Shown here one piece after another: positions 25,168 to 38,066 of a DNA stretch of 64,000 bases. The notes beneath the pieces were generated by a model, which saw only the letters and a list, made by a program, of their open reading frames with translations, searched no databases and was not told where the DNA came from. The position numbers were made by a program, and so were the translations under genes. The stretch's first letter is position 1; each line of letters opens with the position of its first letter. This DNA comes from Lingula anatina (Eukaryota; Animalia; Brachiopoda): assembly GCA_051362555.1 (NCBI GenBank), contig CM120641.1, positions 38,136,401 to 38,200,400 on the forward strand. Reading direction: 5' to 3'.

Positions 25168-28100
25168 ATGGCGGCTGGACCGAAGGGTACGTAACTATGA
25201 TTATGAAGCATATTTATGCCTGGGAGGCATTTAGATTTTCGAGGACAAATTCAGTTACTATTTTTCATCGTACGCTTACTGTTATTGTATTTTTTACTTC
25301 TGGTCACTTAAGCAGGTGATAGCAAAGAACAATCCCCCACCTAATCTCTTGTCATTCTGACCCAATAAGAACTTACAAGTGTCAGTCAGTCCGTCAGTCA
25401 GTCATTCCGATAAATATGTCTTTTGATAGTGGTACGGACATGTTTAAGATAGGTTTAATTTTCAAGATGATACAGTTTTAATTGTCAGAATAATATTATC
25501 GATACGTAGTTACGTATATGTCGCTGTACTGGCGAGTAATGTTTGATAAAGATATAAGGTTCAAAGGTCAAGGTGTGTGAATGTCGAACCAAAAAGAAAA
25601 CCCATGTCTCTTCTCCTAAATTACGTTATGTAACATAATCGTGGCTGTGCTAGAGAATGGAAAAATGTACAGATACATGTTGTCACAATTATCACATTTC
25701 ACAGACTGCTGAAAAAATTGTATTTTTTGCTACTGATTAACGTGCACACTAATGTATTTGTTCAAATAAATCTGCCTAGCAAAACTAATCTTCTGTAACA
25801 TATTAATGGAGTCCATTGAATGTCACTACTCTCAAGATGTGTGATCTCTGAAGAAACTGTGGGTGTGTTGAAGGATTCAATGAAAGTAGACAGTCATTCC
25901 CAATTGAAGTACACTCAGTGATGCTTAATGACACTTATTTCATTTGTTCCTTAAAGCAGGAGTGAACACATATATGCTTTTTAGTATGTGCACACCCTAA
26001 ACTTGAAATGGAAGTGCTAGAGGTCAAAATTAAAGCCAAGATGTGAAAATTTGCAAAATGATATTATAATATATTTATAAATAAATCATACTAAATTAAG
26101 AAATTTGAAAAAAAAAACATTTTTCCTTCACACAAAATGGTTTTTATCATTATTATCATTATGAAAATAATATTTAAAGAGCTGTAGACTATGGAGAGTA
26201 AATTGTAACCAGTTATTAGTTAAACACGCCCATATGTAACAGCTGTTCTATCTATTTCTACATATGGTGTAATTCATCAGATGGAATGGATTTTGTTTTG
26301 GGAAAACACATATATATGATGTTTCCTTTTTAGTGCAACACATTTTCTTTGAACTTTGATATATAACATAATAATGATGCATGTTGCTGCATGTCTTACT
26401 GTATTAATTCAGGCTTAGTTTTTTAATCAAGTCATAGTGTATGTAACATGAGCCAGATATTGGGTAGGGACACTTTTTTTTTGCTTTTAGGTCTTACCCT
26501 TCAATACCTAAAAAATTCCAGTAATGAATGCTTATATTACTGGTAATAGATCTGTCTAATATGTTTTTTTTTTAAATAAATTTCAGACAATCCTTTCCCA
26601 TCCCACCTGCAGACATTGACTGTAGACTCCAAGGATTACAGGTACTATAGTTTACCAGCCTTTCAGGACAGCCGCTATGGTAAGTCCAATGTAAATAATG
26701 TATTACCCAGGTGTAGACGCATATTGTAATGCATTTAAGACTTGTTCATGCATAAAAAGTTATGTGTGGAAGAAGGCATTCATGAGTGAGAAATGTTTAA
26801 GTATCATGATGACCTTCACAGGTTGGCAAAGAAAGTGGAATGTTCTGGAAAACGTGCCTGTTGCTCCTTTTTATACATGGAATGGTTAGTAAACAAAAAA
26901 TAATAACAGTAGTGATGATGATGATGAAGAGATCAGAAAACTGCTATCAGAATGCTTAGATTTGTGATCCTGTTTTATTTATTTATTATTATTATTTTTT
27001 AATTTTTATTTTTATTTAGAAAAGCTCCCCTTCTCCATCCGTGTGTTGTTGGAATCTGCTGTGAGGAACTGTGATGAGTTTCAAGTTAAAAAACAAGATG
27101 TTGAAAATATCCTCAACTGGCAAGAAAACCAAGAGAAAAATGTTGAGATTCCATTCAGGCCAGCCAGGGTGATTTTACAAGATTTTACGTAAGTTTTCAA
27201 TAGCAAAAAATGCAAAGATTAATTTTAAAACTCTTACATAATTGCAAGTAATAGGCAACATCAAAACAAACCTGTGTGTGAATTTTTTTATTGTTATATT
27301 TAAAGAGCTTTTTATATGAATGGATTTGAACATCTCTAAATGGTTGGATTGTTACAGAATTTTGGTTTAAGTCAAATTTTGCAGATAAAATTTTTTTCGT
27401 CTTCTTTACTAGTGGTGTTCCAGCCGTGGTTGATTTTGCTGCAATGAGGGATGCTGTAAAGAGGCTTGGAGGAGACCCTGAAAAAATTAATCCCAAATGT
27501 CCAGCTGACCTGGTTATTGACCACTCAGTCCAAGTAGATGTAGCCAGAAGGTAGATATGTGCTGTGTGATTGAAAGAGTCATTTAGAGAATTGGTGTGTA
27601 GATATTTCAATCATGGGTGTCAGATGAGAAAGATTTTCTGAAAACAGTTTTTTATTCTTTTTATTCAAAACTTTTTGATTGTAAAAAATTGATTAAATGT
27701 AATTTTTAAATTTTGCCAATGTTCTTCTGTAAAATAGATTAATTTAATTCATAAATGTAAATCAGCACAACTCCATGCAATAGAAAAAAATGCCAGAATT
27801 CATGAGTTGCATGGGTGTGTAAACTGTTTATGGAATATTATTTTATACAGAGCGGTGATTTGATGCTTGGAATTGACAAGCTTTTGTTTGTGAAAATGAA
27901 AATATTTGGATGTGACAAACCACTACTTACGCTTATTTGGACTCACTGAATTATTATTATTAATATTATAATTCAATTTTTATATATATTGACAATATTA
28001 GAGAGGAACCATTCAAGTTTTACTTATTGGACTATGATTCATGTCATTACCTCCTTTTTTCAGTCTTCTCAATCGAAATTGTCCAAATCCTGGTGGCGGT

Positions 28101-31100
28101 GTCAGGAGCGGGTGTATCAGTCGGGCTGCCAAGTCTTCCTTGTGCAATATATGTTTAAACTCAGGCATCCCAGTTTCAGATGAACTTTGTCCATTTCACA
28201 ATCTAAAAAGCGAGGGGTTCGTACTTTGCGCTATTTGGAAATTTTTTTTCCCTAATATCACATAGCTCTGCATGGCTGGTTGTGTTGGTTCTACATTGTA
28301 GTCTGCCTGTCTTATGAAGTAAGATTACTATGCATTTCAAATCAGGTATATAATAGTTCAGCTTGTAAATATGCTGTGAACATTTTTTAAAATTTTGTGT
28401 GGTAATCTTACACCAGTGTCGGGTGGTATGTATTTGGTGGGACTGGTTTAAAGATATGCATGTGCTTTATATGTCATGTGTAGATTTAAAGCCAGTTTTG
28501 GTTTGGTGTTGTATTTTAATGCTTTATTATTTTAATACATTTAATAATATTACTTTGGAGAGTATTTATTTTTGCTTAAATGTAACCAATGGATGTTCTT
28601 TCTATCTTTTTGGTTGCAAAGGTTTGCCTGATAGGACCAAGTTTATTTGAAAAAAAAATTTTATAATTTTCAAGATGAGCTTGTGAAAATTCAATTTATT
28701 GAACTAAATTTTGAATTTGCATGACCTTATATAAATCCCCCTGTAGTGTCTAGTAGGTCGTGTTCTGAAAAACTACTTTTTCACCTGGAAGATTCCTTTG
28801 ACATTTGATTGACAACTCGATCATGTTGATAAACTGCAGGTGACTTTTTTTTATTTCATATTTGTTTTTCTTCTGGGCTAATGCCTTAGATGTGTCCACC
28901 ATATTTTTCTTTATAGTGAAAAAGTAAAACTGTATTCAAATAGACATTTTAACTTGATACTGTGTAGTCTTCATGAATGGCACAGAGTAAGCTTATTTAC
29001 CGCTGGTAAATCATTACAAGGGAACCTTACTAGACAAGGGAACCTTACTAGACTATGCTATAGGCTCTTAATGTGCTGACTTGCCAGTCTCATCAGGATT
29101 CCACCTAAAAATTGGCCTTTAAAACCTTATACTTCTTGGGGATTAGTTGGTGGTTTTAGGCATTATGCATTCAGTGTGCAGGACAAAATCAAGACATTTG
29201 TCAGTGTTTAGAGCAAAAATGTATCACAGATTTGTAAGCCCTTTTGTTGCAAAGTGATGCACATATATATAGGATGTCTTTACATATTCCCTAGTCCTTT
29301 TCTGTAAGAACAATGCCTTAAAATTGTTTTGATAATTTTATGGTAACAGAAAATCTTAAAATGATTAAAACATTGCTGTTTGGAAAAATGTGAAACTGGA
29401 GAAAATTTAACTTTGAATAATTAATAATCTTGTTTAAATCATCATGTACTTGGTAACATTGGTTTTGTGTTTACACATTAAGGTACGTGATCTTTTTAAG
29501 ATCAAACAGAGCTTCCAGGGGGCTGCCAAACTAACACTTCCACGTGCGAAAAGAATATCAAAATCAGTTGTGAATCTTATGAATTAATGTTAAAGAAGGC
29601 AGTCCTGTACTGCTTCACCTGATCTTGCCATCAACACCATGTGTCCTGCTTCTTAATTGAATTACTAATAATTTATGACAGTGGATTAGTTGTTATAAAG
29701 ATCCTGTTAATTGCTTATTTCAAAATACCCTGCATAAAATCCTTGGGGTTATTGTAGGTGGAATCTACTTTTTGCTGTTCTGTTGTATTTACTTAAGCAG
29801 CATTCACCTGTTGCTAATGGTTTTATCTTTACTGAATTTTTTTTACAGTTAGTAATCTAAAATAGGTAATTTTTTACTTCTGCATACTAAACTTTGCCTT
29901 GCTTTTATTGTGTTTGTAGTTTTTTTTTTTACCAAACACAAAATGATTGATCATGAAATATAGATGCATAATCTATGCACAATCAAAAAAGACAAAATTA
30001 TAATCCCAACCAATTATATAGCAATGTTTGAAATTCTTTTCCTGTAATATGATGTTTTATTTCTTTTTGATAACTCATGAAGCATAATAATGCAGCAGGT
30101 AGCTTCTCGCAGATTTAACTGTGAAATACTACGTTTTGCCCCTTGTTTGTTGTAGAAATTTTACAGCAGCATTGCTCTTTATTGAATTATGAATTAACCA
30201 GTTACTACATTTTCACTTTGAAAATGATATTCTTTTCCTGACATTGTATATTCATTTTCTGCTATTGACATATTGCAGCAATGTCTATTGACAGTTTTTC
30301 TTTGTTATGTTTAAAAAGAATTTAAACATTTTTTTTTATTGCAGTGCTACTGCTTTACAGAAAAACCAAGAATTGGAATTTGATAGAAACAAAGAACGAT
30401 TTGTTTTCCTAAAGGTCAGTATATTACTATCAACCAGACAAATTCTTAATATTGTGATTTAACAGTGGGAGTATTTGAAATGTGTGTGCAATGAGAGTTT
30501 ATACATTGATCCTCATGAACATCGTGCCCTTGATTTATTATGTATGCATACATGAATTTCAAAGATTGTTGTACAATTTTGTTGATTGCATTAAATCAGT
30601 ATTTTTCTTGAAGATAATTGCATGGTTGTTTGCCTTTATACTTCCTTCTGTGATAAGTATTTAATTATCAGCTGCTAATGGTTAAAATATGTCACTGATT
30701 ATCCAGTGGGGAGCCAAGGCATTGAAAAACATGCTCATAGTGCCACCAGGCTCTGGCATTGTGCATCAAGTGAACCTGGAGTACCTGGCCAGGGTTGTAT
30801 TTGAAGAGAATGGGATACTGTACCCTGACAGCTTGGTGGGCACAGATTCCCACACCACTATGATCAATGGGCTGGGAGTTGTTGGCTGGGGTATGTACAA
30901 CTTTTTGACCTTATTGAAAATTCTCCATCAAACTATTGACCTGGGTTTTGAATGTATAAATTGTAATTTATTTGTATTGCCTAGTATTCTTCAGTTATTA
31001 ATTTGTTTGTTTGGGCTTTTGAAAATCGCCAAGTAGTCTTTGAACAATTTTAAAGTGATCCATTTTCCTTAATAATCATTTAATTCAAGACTAAGAATTA

Positions 31101-34100
31101 AAACATGTCTTTGTTTATATGGATCAGAATTAGTGACATAAAGCATACATTTATACAAATATGTCTCTGTAGTCTATGTATGTAATGTCCATATTTTTGC
31201 TTATTTTTGTGTTTAGGTGTTGGAGGTATTGAAGCTGAAGCAGTGATGTTAGGCCAGGCCATCAGCATGGTCCTACCAAAGGTTGTGGGATATAAAATTA
31301 CTGGGCAGCTGAGCCCCTTGTGCACATCCACTGATGCTGTCCTTACCATCACCAAGGTAAGTCTTGTATCATCTTTAATGGTAGCAAAGGGGATTTAACT
31401 TATGAAATATACTTCAGCTCAAGGTAAGCATTTTAGTTCACATAGCAGCATTGAAATATGGGACAAGTATTGGAAGAAATCCAAATGCAAACTGTTTTGT
31501 ATTTTTTTTTTTTTTCATATGATAATTCCTTAACAACCCTTTTTCTTTAATGCTGTATATTTTAGCATCTGAGACAGATAGGGGTGGTGGGCAAGTTTGT
31601 AGAATTCTTTGGGGATGGTGTGGCCTCCCTGTCCATTGCTGATAGGGCCACAATCTCCAACATGTGCCCAGAGTATGGGGCCACCATAGGCTTCTTCCCT
31701 GTGGACCAGATGAGCATGACTTATCTGAAGAATACAGGTGCGGTATTAACCTGCATTGAAGTTGTAATCAGATGTTTTGTTCACCTTTATAATAGCCTCT
31801 TTCTCCCCAGCTCTCCCCCCTCATTCTCTCTCTCTTTTCTCTCTCTCATCTATTTTTTTCTCTTTCTCTCTCTCTCTCTGCAAAATTATAATATATCAAC
31901 CAGTCAAAATCATTTAGTTTCACTTCATTTATGTGGTTGTTTATTTGAAATAAACTAGAAAGTCATCTGCCTCCTTTTCAGCTCGTGATGAGAAAAGAGT
32001 TGCTCTTGTGGAAGCTTATCTGAAGCAAAACAAAATGTTCAGAAATTTCAATGATGCAAGTGAAGATCCAGTCTTTTCAGAGGTATGTACAGTTTGTTAA
32101 ATTATTCTGAGACCTTTTTCTTTGATGGAAAAACTGATGTCATAAGTAATTTGTTATTCATTGTTTGATGTGTAGATATGATTTCAAACTGCCAAAAGAT
32201 TTCCATGCAATAACAGACAAATCTCAGGGGCGGATCCAGAGATATTTTCTGACGGTCTTCCAAATTATTTTGTTGATCCATCCTCTTTTTTCACCGTCTT
32301 CCAACAGAAAACACCAGATACCCGTCAATGTAAACTTGAAAATCTGACCGTCTTCCGGAGAAGACGGCCTAAATCCGCCCCTGAATCTATTGCAGTATGT
32401 GTGAATTTTCAGATAGTTGAACTGAACCTAAGTGATGTGGTTCCATGCTGTTCAGGACCCAAGAGGCCTCATGATAAAGTGCCTGTTGCAGATATGAAGG
32501 ATGATTTCACCAAATGTCTCAGCAACAAAGTTGGCTTCAAGGTTAGCTTCTATGGAAACCTCATTATGTCTAATGAAGACACTTGGGAACTAAAAACCCC
32601 TTGAGTTGTATTTAAACATTTCTTTCTATACGAGACCTGACATTATACCTTGTATAAGTATTCAGTTGGTATATTTCAAAAACTAACAGTCACTTCCTTT
32701 AGATGTTCATAAAGTAAATCGCATTTTACCAACAGGGGTTTGCAGTTCCACAAGATAAGCTTGCTACCACTGTGCCAATGGTGTTTGAGGGAAAAGAGTA
32801 CACTTTGACTCATGGTTCTGTTGTCATTGCTGCTGTCACCAGCTGTACCAATACCAGCAATCCATCTGTTATGCTGGGAGCAGGTATGGATTAGTGGTTA
32901 TGTTCAGTAAGACTGAGACATAACAGGGTTTGAATACAGATAGAATACAGATTGCTCTTTATAGAATGCAATGTCATTATATGAACAGTGATGCCTTATG
33001 CAGTTCGGGAATGAACATGATCCAAGTAATATTTAATCTGTGTCATGTAAAATTCCAAGAAAACCTCTATTTGTTACTCTTGTGCACTATGGATGATAGT
33101 CTATACACACAGCATAACAATATTTTAGTCTGATTTTCCAGATTATTCTACCTCTACAATTTTGATTGAAATCAGAAATGATTGATCTGAACATTTTTTC
33201 AGGCTTGTTGGCTAAAAAGGCAGTGGAAGCTGGATTAAGTGTCAATCCATACATCAAGACAAGCCTGTCACCAGGAAGTGGTGTGGTGACCTGTTACCTG
33301 AAGGAGAGTGGGGTCATGCCATTCCTAGAGACCCTTGGGTGAGTAGAAACAAAGCTGAATCTTATTTCATGGTTCTTTTAATCATATTTGTATTGTTTTG
33401 TTGCTATTATATTTATGGTTATTTATGACAAATAATTTGATTTTCTTATTTTGATAATTAAACGGTAATTTATGTGATTCATGCAAGCGAGACACATTTC
33501 ATCATTTGTAATTCCATGTCTGTATTTCCAATGACAGTCACACCATTGCACTCAGTCATGCATATTTGTAATTGCAGGTTTGATGTGGTTGGCTATGGAT
33601 GTATGACCTGTATAGGAAACAGTGGACCACTAGCTGAACCTGTGTCACAGGCCATTGAAAAGGTGAGTACTTCCTTGAAGTCTATGAAACACCAGCCAAT
33701 GTGTTCCTCCTCATGATAAAATATAAAAGTTAAAGTAAAATGACTTTGGTAGCACTAAAACTTCAGACATGATTCCTTAGCTTTTGCTTGCAATTATAAT
33801 TTTTCATTTCTGGACATTTTCATTCAGAAGCCTGCATTATACAAGGATTTTTGGAAAGACTATTAAAAAATATTGTCCGTATGTTTTAACATCAACGAGA
33901 ACAGCTGTACATTACATTACATTACATCTGACTTACAAGTCACTTAAAATTCATATTCTTTAAACAACAAAAAAAATTTTGAAAAAAAAGTGCCCATCCA
34001 TATCTTCTATAACATTGTCATTTCAGGGTGATCTTGTTGCCTGTGGTGTTCTGTCTGGAAACAGAAACTTTGAAGGCCGTATCCATCCTCTGACCCGTGC

Positions 34101-37007
34101 CAACTACCTGGCCTCCCCACCACTGGTCATTGCCTATGCAATTGCAGGAACCGTGTGCATCGACTTTGAAAAGGAACCTCTTGGTAATTCTTCAGTCTGC
34201 AGGGGAAATTGTAGAATGTTTAAATGATGTATTTTAGAGAATTATAAAACGCTGTTATATTCAGCTTTTAACTTTGTAAAATATTTTTTAATGTTCTGTA
34301 TTAGCTTGCTACAAAAGTATTTCTTTATTTCTAAGTGAGGAAATTATAGATCCAAACTTGTTTTGTTTTAAGGCATCAATGGGGATGGGAAGCCAGTGTT
34401 CCTGAGAGACATTTGGCCATCAAGAGAAGAAATACAGGTGAGTGTTCTTGGCATATGTAATGGAAGGGTCTTTTTTGGAAGCCTTATGAAATAATAAAGG
34501 CCTGGGAATTAAAATGTGTTTGATATTTGATATTCTACTTTGGATTTTTTTTTCACATTTTATCTGTATCAATTTCAGTGAGATTTCCTTTATTATTTGT
34601 TAATTGAAAATTATTCTGTTTTTAGCAAATAGAGAGAAATGTTGTGGTGCCAGCTTTGTTTAAGGAGGTGTATTCCAGAATTGAGGTATGTCATCAACAA
34701 AGATTCTTATTTTTAGGGAAGTATTTTAAAGTATTTTCTCCTTAGTAAAACATTAGCCCACTTCTCTTATTTTCGGTTTACCAGAGTTCATGTTTTTATT
34801 CAGTGGGATGCAGTGACATTTAAAAGGAAGGAATATGACCTTTCATAAAAGTTGCTACCTTCACAAGATTTCAAGAATGTTTTATTTTCCTTGTAGGAAG
34901 GCACAGAACGCTGGAACTCCCTTGATGCCCCAGAGGGGATGCTATACCCATGGGACCCTAAGTCCACGTATATCAAGTCACCTCCATTCTTTGAAACTAT
35001 GGTATGTGCACCTTCAGCCATAGCTGATGAATTGATTTATTTAAAATATGTAATGGACATTAGGATAATAAATTTTTCACACTATAAAGTTGTCTGGACA
35101 TATATTTTTAATGCCAACTCTTGAAAGATGACATAGATTTCACTGGTGTAAATTTTTATTTGGCACTGAGGAATTGCTCAATTTTTGCCGCTTCAAGTGA
35201 GTGTGTATGCATGCTAACATGCATGTACTGGTATATGTGTAAATGGCACAATATAAAGAATTGTTCTCTTACCTTTACAGACCAAAGAACTGCCTCCAGT
35301 GCAGCCTATTACAGATGCCTATGCTTTGCTCAACTTGGGAGACTCGGTCACTACTGACCACATCTCTCCAGCTGGCAGTATTGCCAGAAATAGTCCAGCT
35401 GCAAGATACCTAGCAGGAAGAGGGTAAGTCCGGTATTCTTTAGTAAGCCAATCCTCCCAATACACTGCATTCCCAGAAACAGTCCATTTACTAGATACCT
35501 GACAGGTAAAAGGTGATTGATTGGTTTAAGAGAACTAGACCTTAGCGAATGCCCACATATATTTGTTACAATTTCTACAGTTTCAGAAAATGTTGCATTT
35601 GTTACACCTTTCAGTTTCAATTCAGTTTACTATTTTGTATTTACACATCTTTGTTATTGGCTTGAGATTCATCCTGGTGAATTAAAGTATACCTCATTAC
35701 TTTATGTATCAAGTTGTGACTGAAAATATTGTTGCATTTTTTCTGAACTGCAGACTGACTCCAAGGGAATTCAATTCATATGGATCACGACGTGGCAACG
35801 ATGCTGTCATGGCGCGTGGAACATTTGGCAATATTCGTCTGTTCAACAAGTTCATAGGGAAAGCTGGCCCTAAGACTGTCCATGTGCCCTCTGGGGAACA
35901 GGTGAGAATGGTTGAAATTTTTAAGAATAGCATGGAAATATTCGACACCAAATTTATTTGGCAATTGCTGGCAAAACTTTTTCAAAGAGATTTTGAGTAG
36001 TGTATCAAAGTGTCCATCATTTGTGATTTAAGAGTTCATATTATGGCAAGATGATGGAAAACAGTCTTTGAAATTTCTATAGGTCTTATAAGCACTGTGA
36101 TTGTATTCATTTTCAGATGGACGTCTTTGATGCAGCAGAGCGGTACCGCAGTGAAGGAAAGAACCTGATCATCTTAACAGGGAAGGAGTATGGGTCTGGT
36201 TCCTCCAGAGACTGGGCTGCAAAGGGACCCTGGATGATGGTAAATTGTTGTTTATGAATGGTATTAATGCTGATGAAGATTAGGTCAACAGTCAACATTG
36301 CACAAAGATGAGCCATCTTTCCAAGGTTGAAGATTTTTACGTATGATATAGTATTAACAATATGATTTATGTTTTGAGATGAAATGCAAATTATAGTGAT
36401 TTGCATCAAAGACAAAAGACCAAACCACATCCTTTTCTATTCACAGGGTATCCGTGCGGTAATTGCAGAAAGTTATGAACGCATTCACCGCAGTAACCTG
36501 GTCGGGATGGGTATCATCCCTCTCCAGTACATGCAGGGTGAGAATGCAGACTCTCTGAACCTCACCGGAAAAGAGACATTTACTATTGACCTGCCACAGG
36601 ATCTTGCCACTGGCATGGTTGTTGATGTCAAGGTACTTGTCTTTAAGAAAATTGTTTCACCAGTGAATAAGGCAGCATTTGAATGGACAGTTGTATTCCT
36701 GTTAGAAAAAGATGATTTTGTAACTATCAAATTGTCTTAAGGCTGTCAGAGTGGGCTCAGTTAAGAATTGCCATTTGTACAATTATTTGCTCAACTTGGT
36801 AAAAATTTTGAAAAATGAAGAATTAATGGAACAATTATTGTAAGCGTATGTTATTTTGAGTAATTTCTAACTACTTTGACATTTTCTGTTCTCCAGGCAA
36901 GCAGTGGCACCACATTTAAAGCCCTAGTGAGATTTGACACCGAAGTGGAACTGGCCTACTTCCGCAATGGAGGCATACTGAACTACATGATCCGTGGAAT
37001 GCTGTAA
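25168..37007 (+). CDS. ACO1: Cytosolic aconitate hydratase / iron-regulatory protein (probable pro-ortholog of ACO1 and IREB2), 893 aa without and 944 aa with the cassette exon
   Basis: Exons 25168-25186, 26587-26679, 27020-27188, 27413-27550, [28064-28216], 30345-30414, 30707-30890, 31217-31356, 31566-31737, 31982-32082, 32413-32541, 32736-32883, 33203-33338, 33578-33662, 34027-34183, 34373-34437, 34626-34685, 34897-35001, 35281-35423, 35754-35901, 36117-36239, 36447-36632, 36897-37007. Motifs: [44 protein letters not shown], Fe-S cysteines ([21 protein letters not shown]), [45 protein letters not shown]. Confidence 0.97.
28064..28216 (+). CDS. Cassette exon encoding an IRP2-like Cys-rich insert (51 codons, phase 2-2)
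   Basis: Acceptor CTCCTTTTTTCAG and donor GG|GTTCGT. Translates as (S)[50 protein letters not shown](G), with PNPGGG and LCPFH as in the vertebrate IRP2 insert. Confidence 0.85.
29016..29051. repeat. Perfect 18-bp tandem duplication
   Basis: ACAAGGGAACCTTACTAG twice. Confidence 0.85.
32225..32383. mobile_element. 159-bp MITE in an ACO1 intron, 5-bp TSD
   Basis: TIRs CAGGGGCGGAT...ATCCGCCCCTG, flanked by AATCT on both sides (32220-32224, 32384-32388). Internal repeated (C/G)GTCTTCC motifs. Confidence 0.85.
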
Positions 37008-38018
37008 CACCTTACAATAAAACTTGATTTAAGGGGAAATGCTGACAATTTTATGAATTCTCTAAAACTTCATCCTTGGTTATAACCAAACAATACTGCC
37101 ATAGAGTGATAATGAGAGGTTAATGTTGTGGGTAAAAGGTTATTCACATGTAAACTATAAACAATTTGTTGCGATGGTGATCAGTAATTCCCAATATAAA
37201 TCAAATTTACAGTTATACAGCTGTTAAACAGTGATAGATGATAAATATACTGGATGTTCTAGTATTTTATATGAAAAATTTAAGTAAGAAAAACTACTGA
37301 GTTTTTGTTAGATGTTGATTTAAGCTTAAACAATATGGTATAAGTTTCTAGAATATATTTGTAAATGTGACATAGTCTTCACAGAGATATTTAAAACTGT
37401 TAGGTTAGTGCCTAGATGAACTGCTCAAATCAAAGAGATACAAGTACACAAAATTTGTTCTTCTAATTGTGATGCACAACTAGTTGAATTTTTTGTTTTA
37501 TTTTTATGAAAGTGTGGTAATAACAATCCTGTTAAGTGATTATTATTATAATCACATGGTAATGATCAAAAATCATTTTGAAGAGATGTGGTTATACGTT
37601 TGATGAATAAATGGTCCTCTCATATTTATGTGCAACGTGGTAGCTGTTACCAGACCATACCAGTTGTGTAAACATGGGACGGCATATTTACTGAAACTCG
37701 CTCTTATATCTTGTTTATTTGTTGCAGTTCTCATAAGTCTAGCGACACGCTGTATTATGTGTAGCCTCTTACAAGCCTAAAGTCTACTTCAGTTTTCTAT
37801 CAAGCTGAAGGTGATAGTTGTATTCTGCTTAGAGGTGCAGTCCGTTTCTCATTACTTTTTACAGGTGACACTTCTGACAAAAGTACGCACAGTTCATTGA
37901 CAACCCCGACATCTTGTCTTTTTAACACAAGTACACTTAATAAGTGAACCGTGTAACTACATACCTTGGCTTTCTTTGTCCCAAAGTGTGACCATGGAAT
38001 ATAACGCTGGTGCTGAAC

Positions 38019-38066
38019 TTACTTATGCCCCGATTTCGAAAATCGGCCAAATCGGGGCATAAGTAA
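38019..38066. repeat. Perfect 18-bp inverted repeat with a 12-nt spacer
   Basis: TTACTTATGCCCCGATTT (38019-38036) and AAATCGGGGCATAAGTAA (38049-38066). Confidence 0.9.

Noticed and set aside
25558-25570. DR1 nuclear-receptor element GGTTCA-A-AGGTCA in ACO1 intron 1
   Set aside because: AGGTCA/TGACCT runs recur in repeat-like DNA here (for example about 9875-9900), so a single site is not enough evidence.
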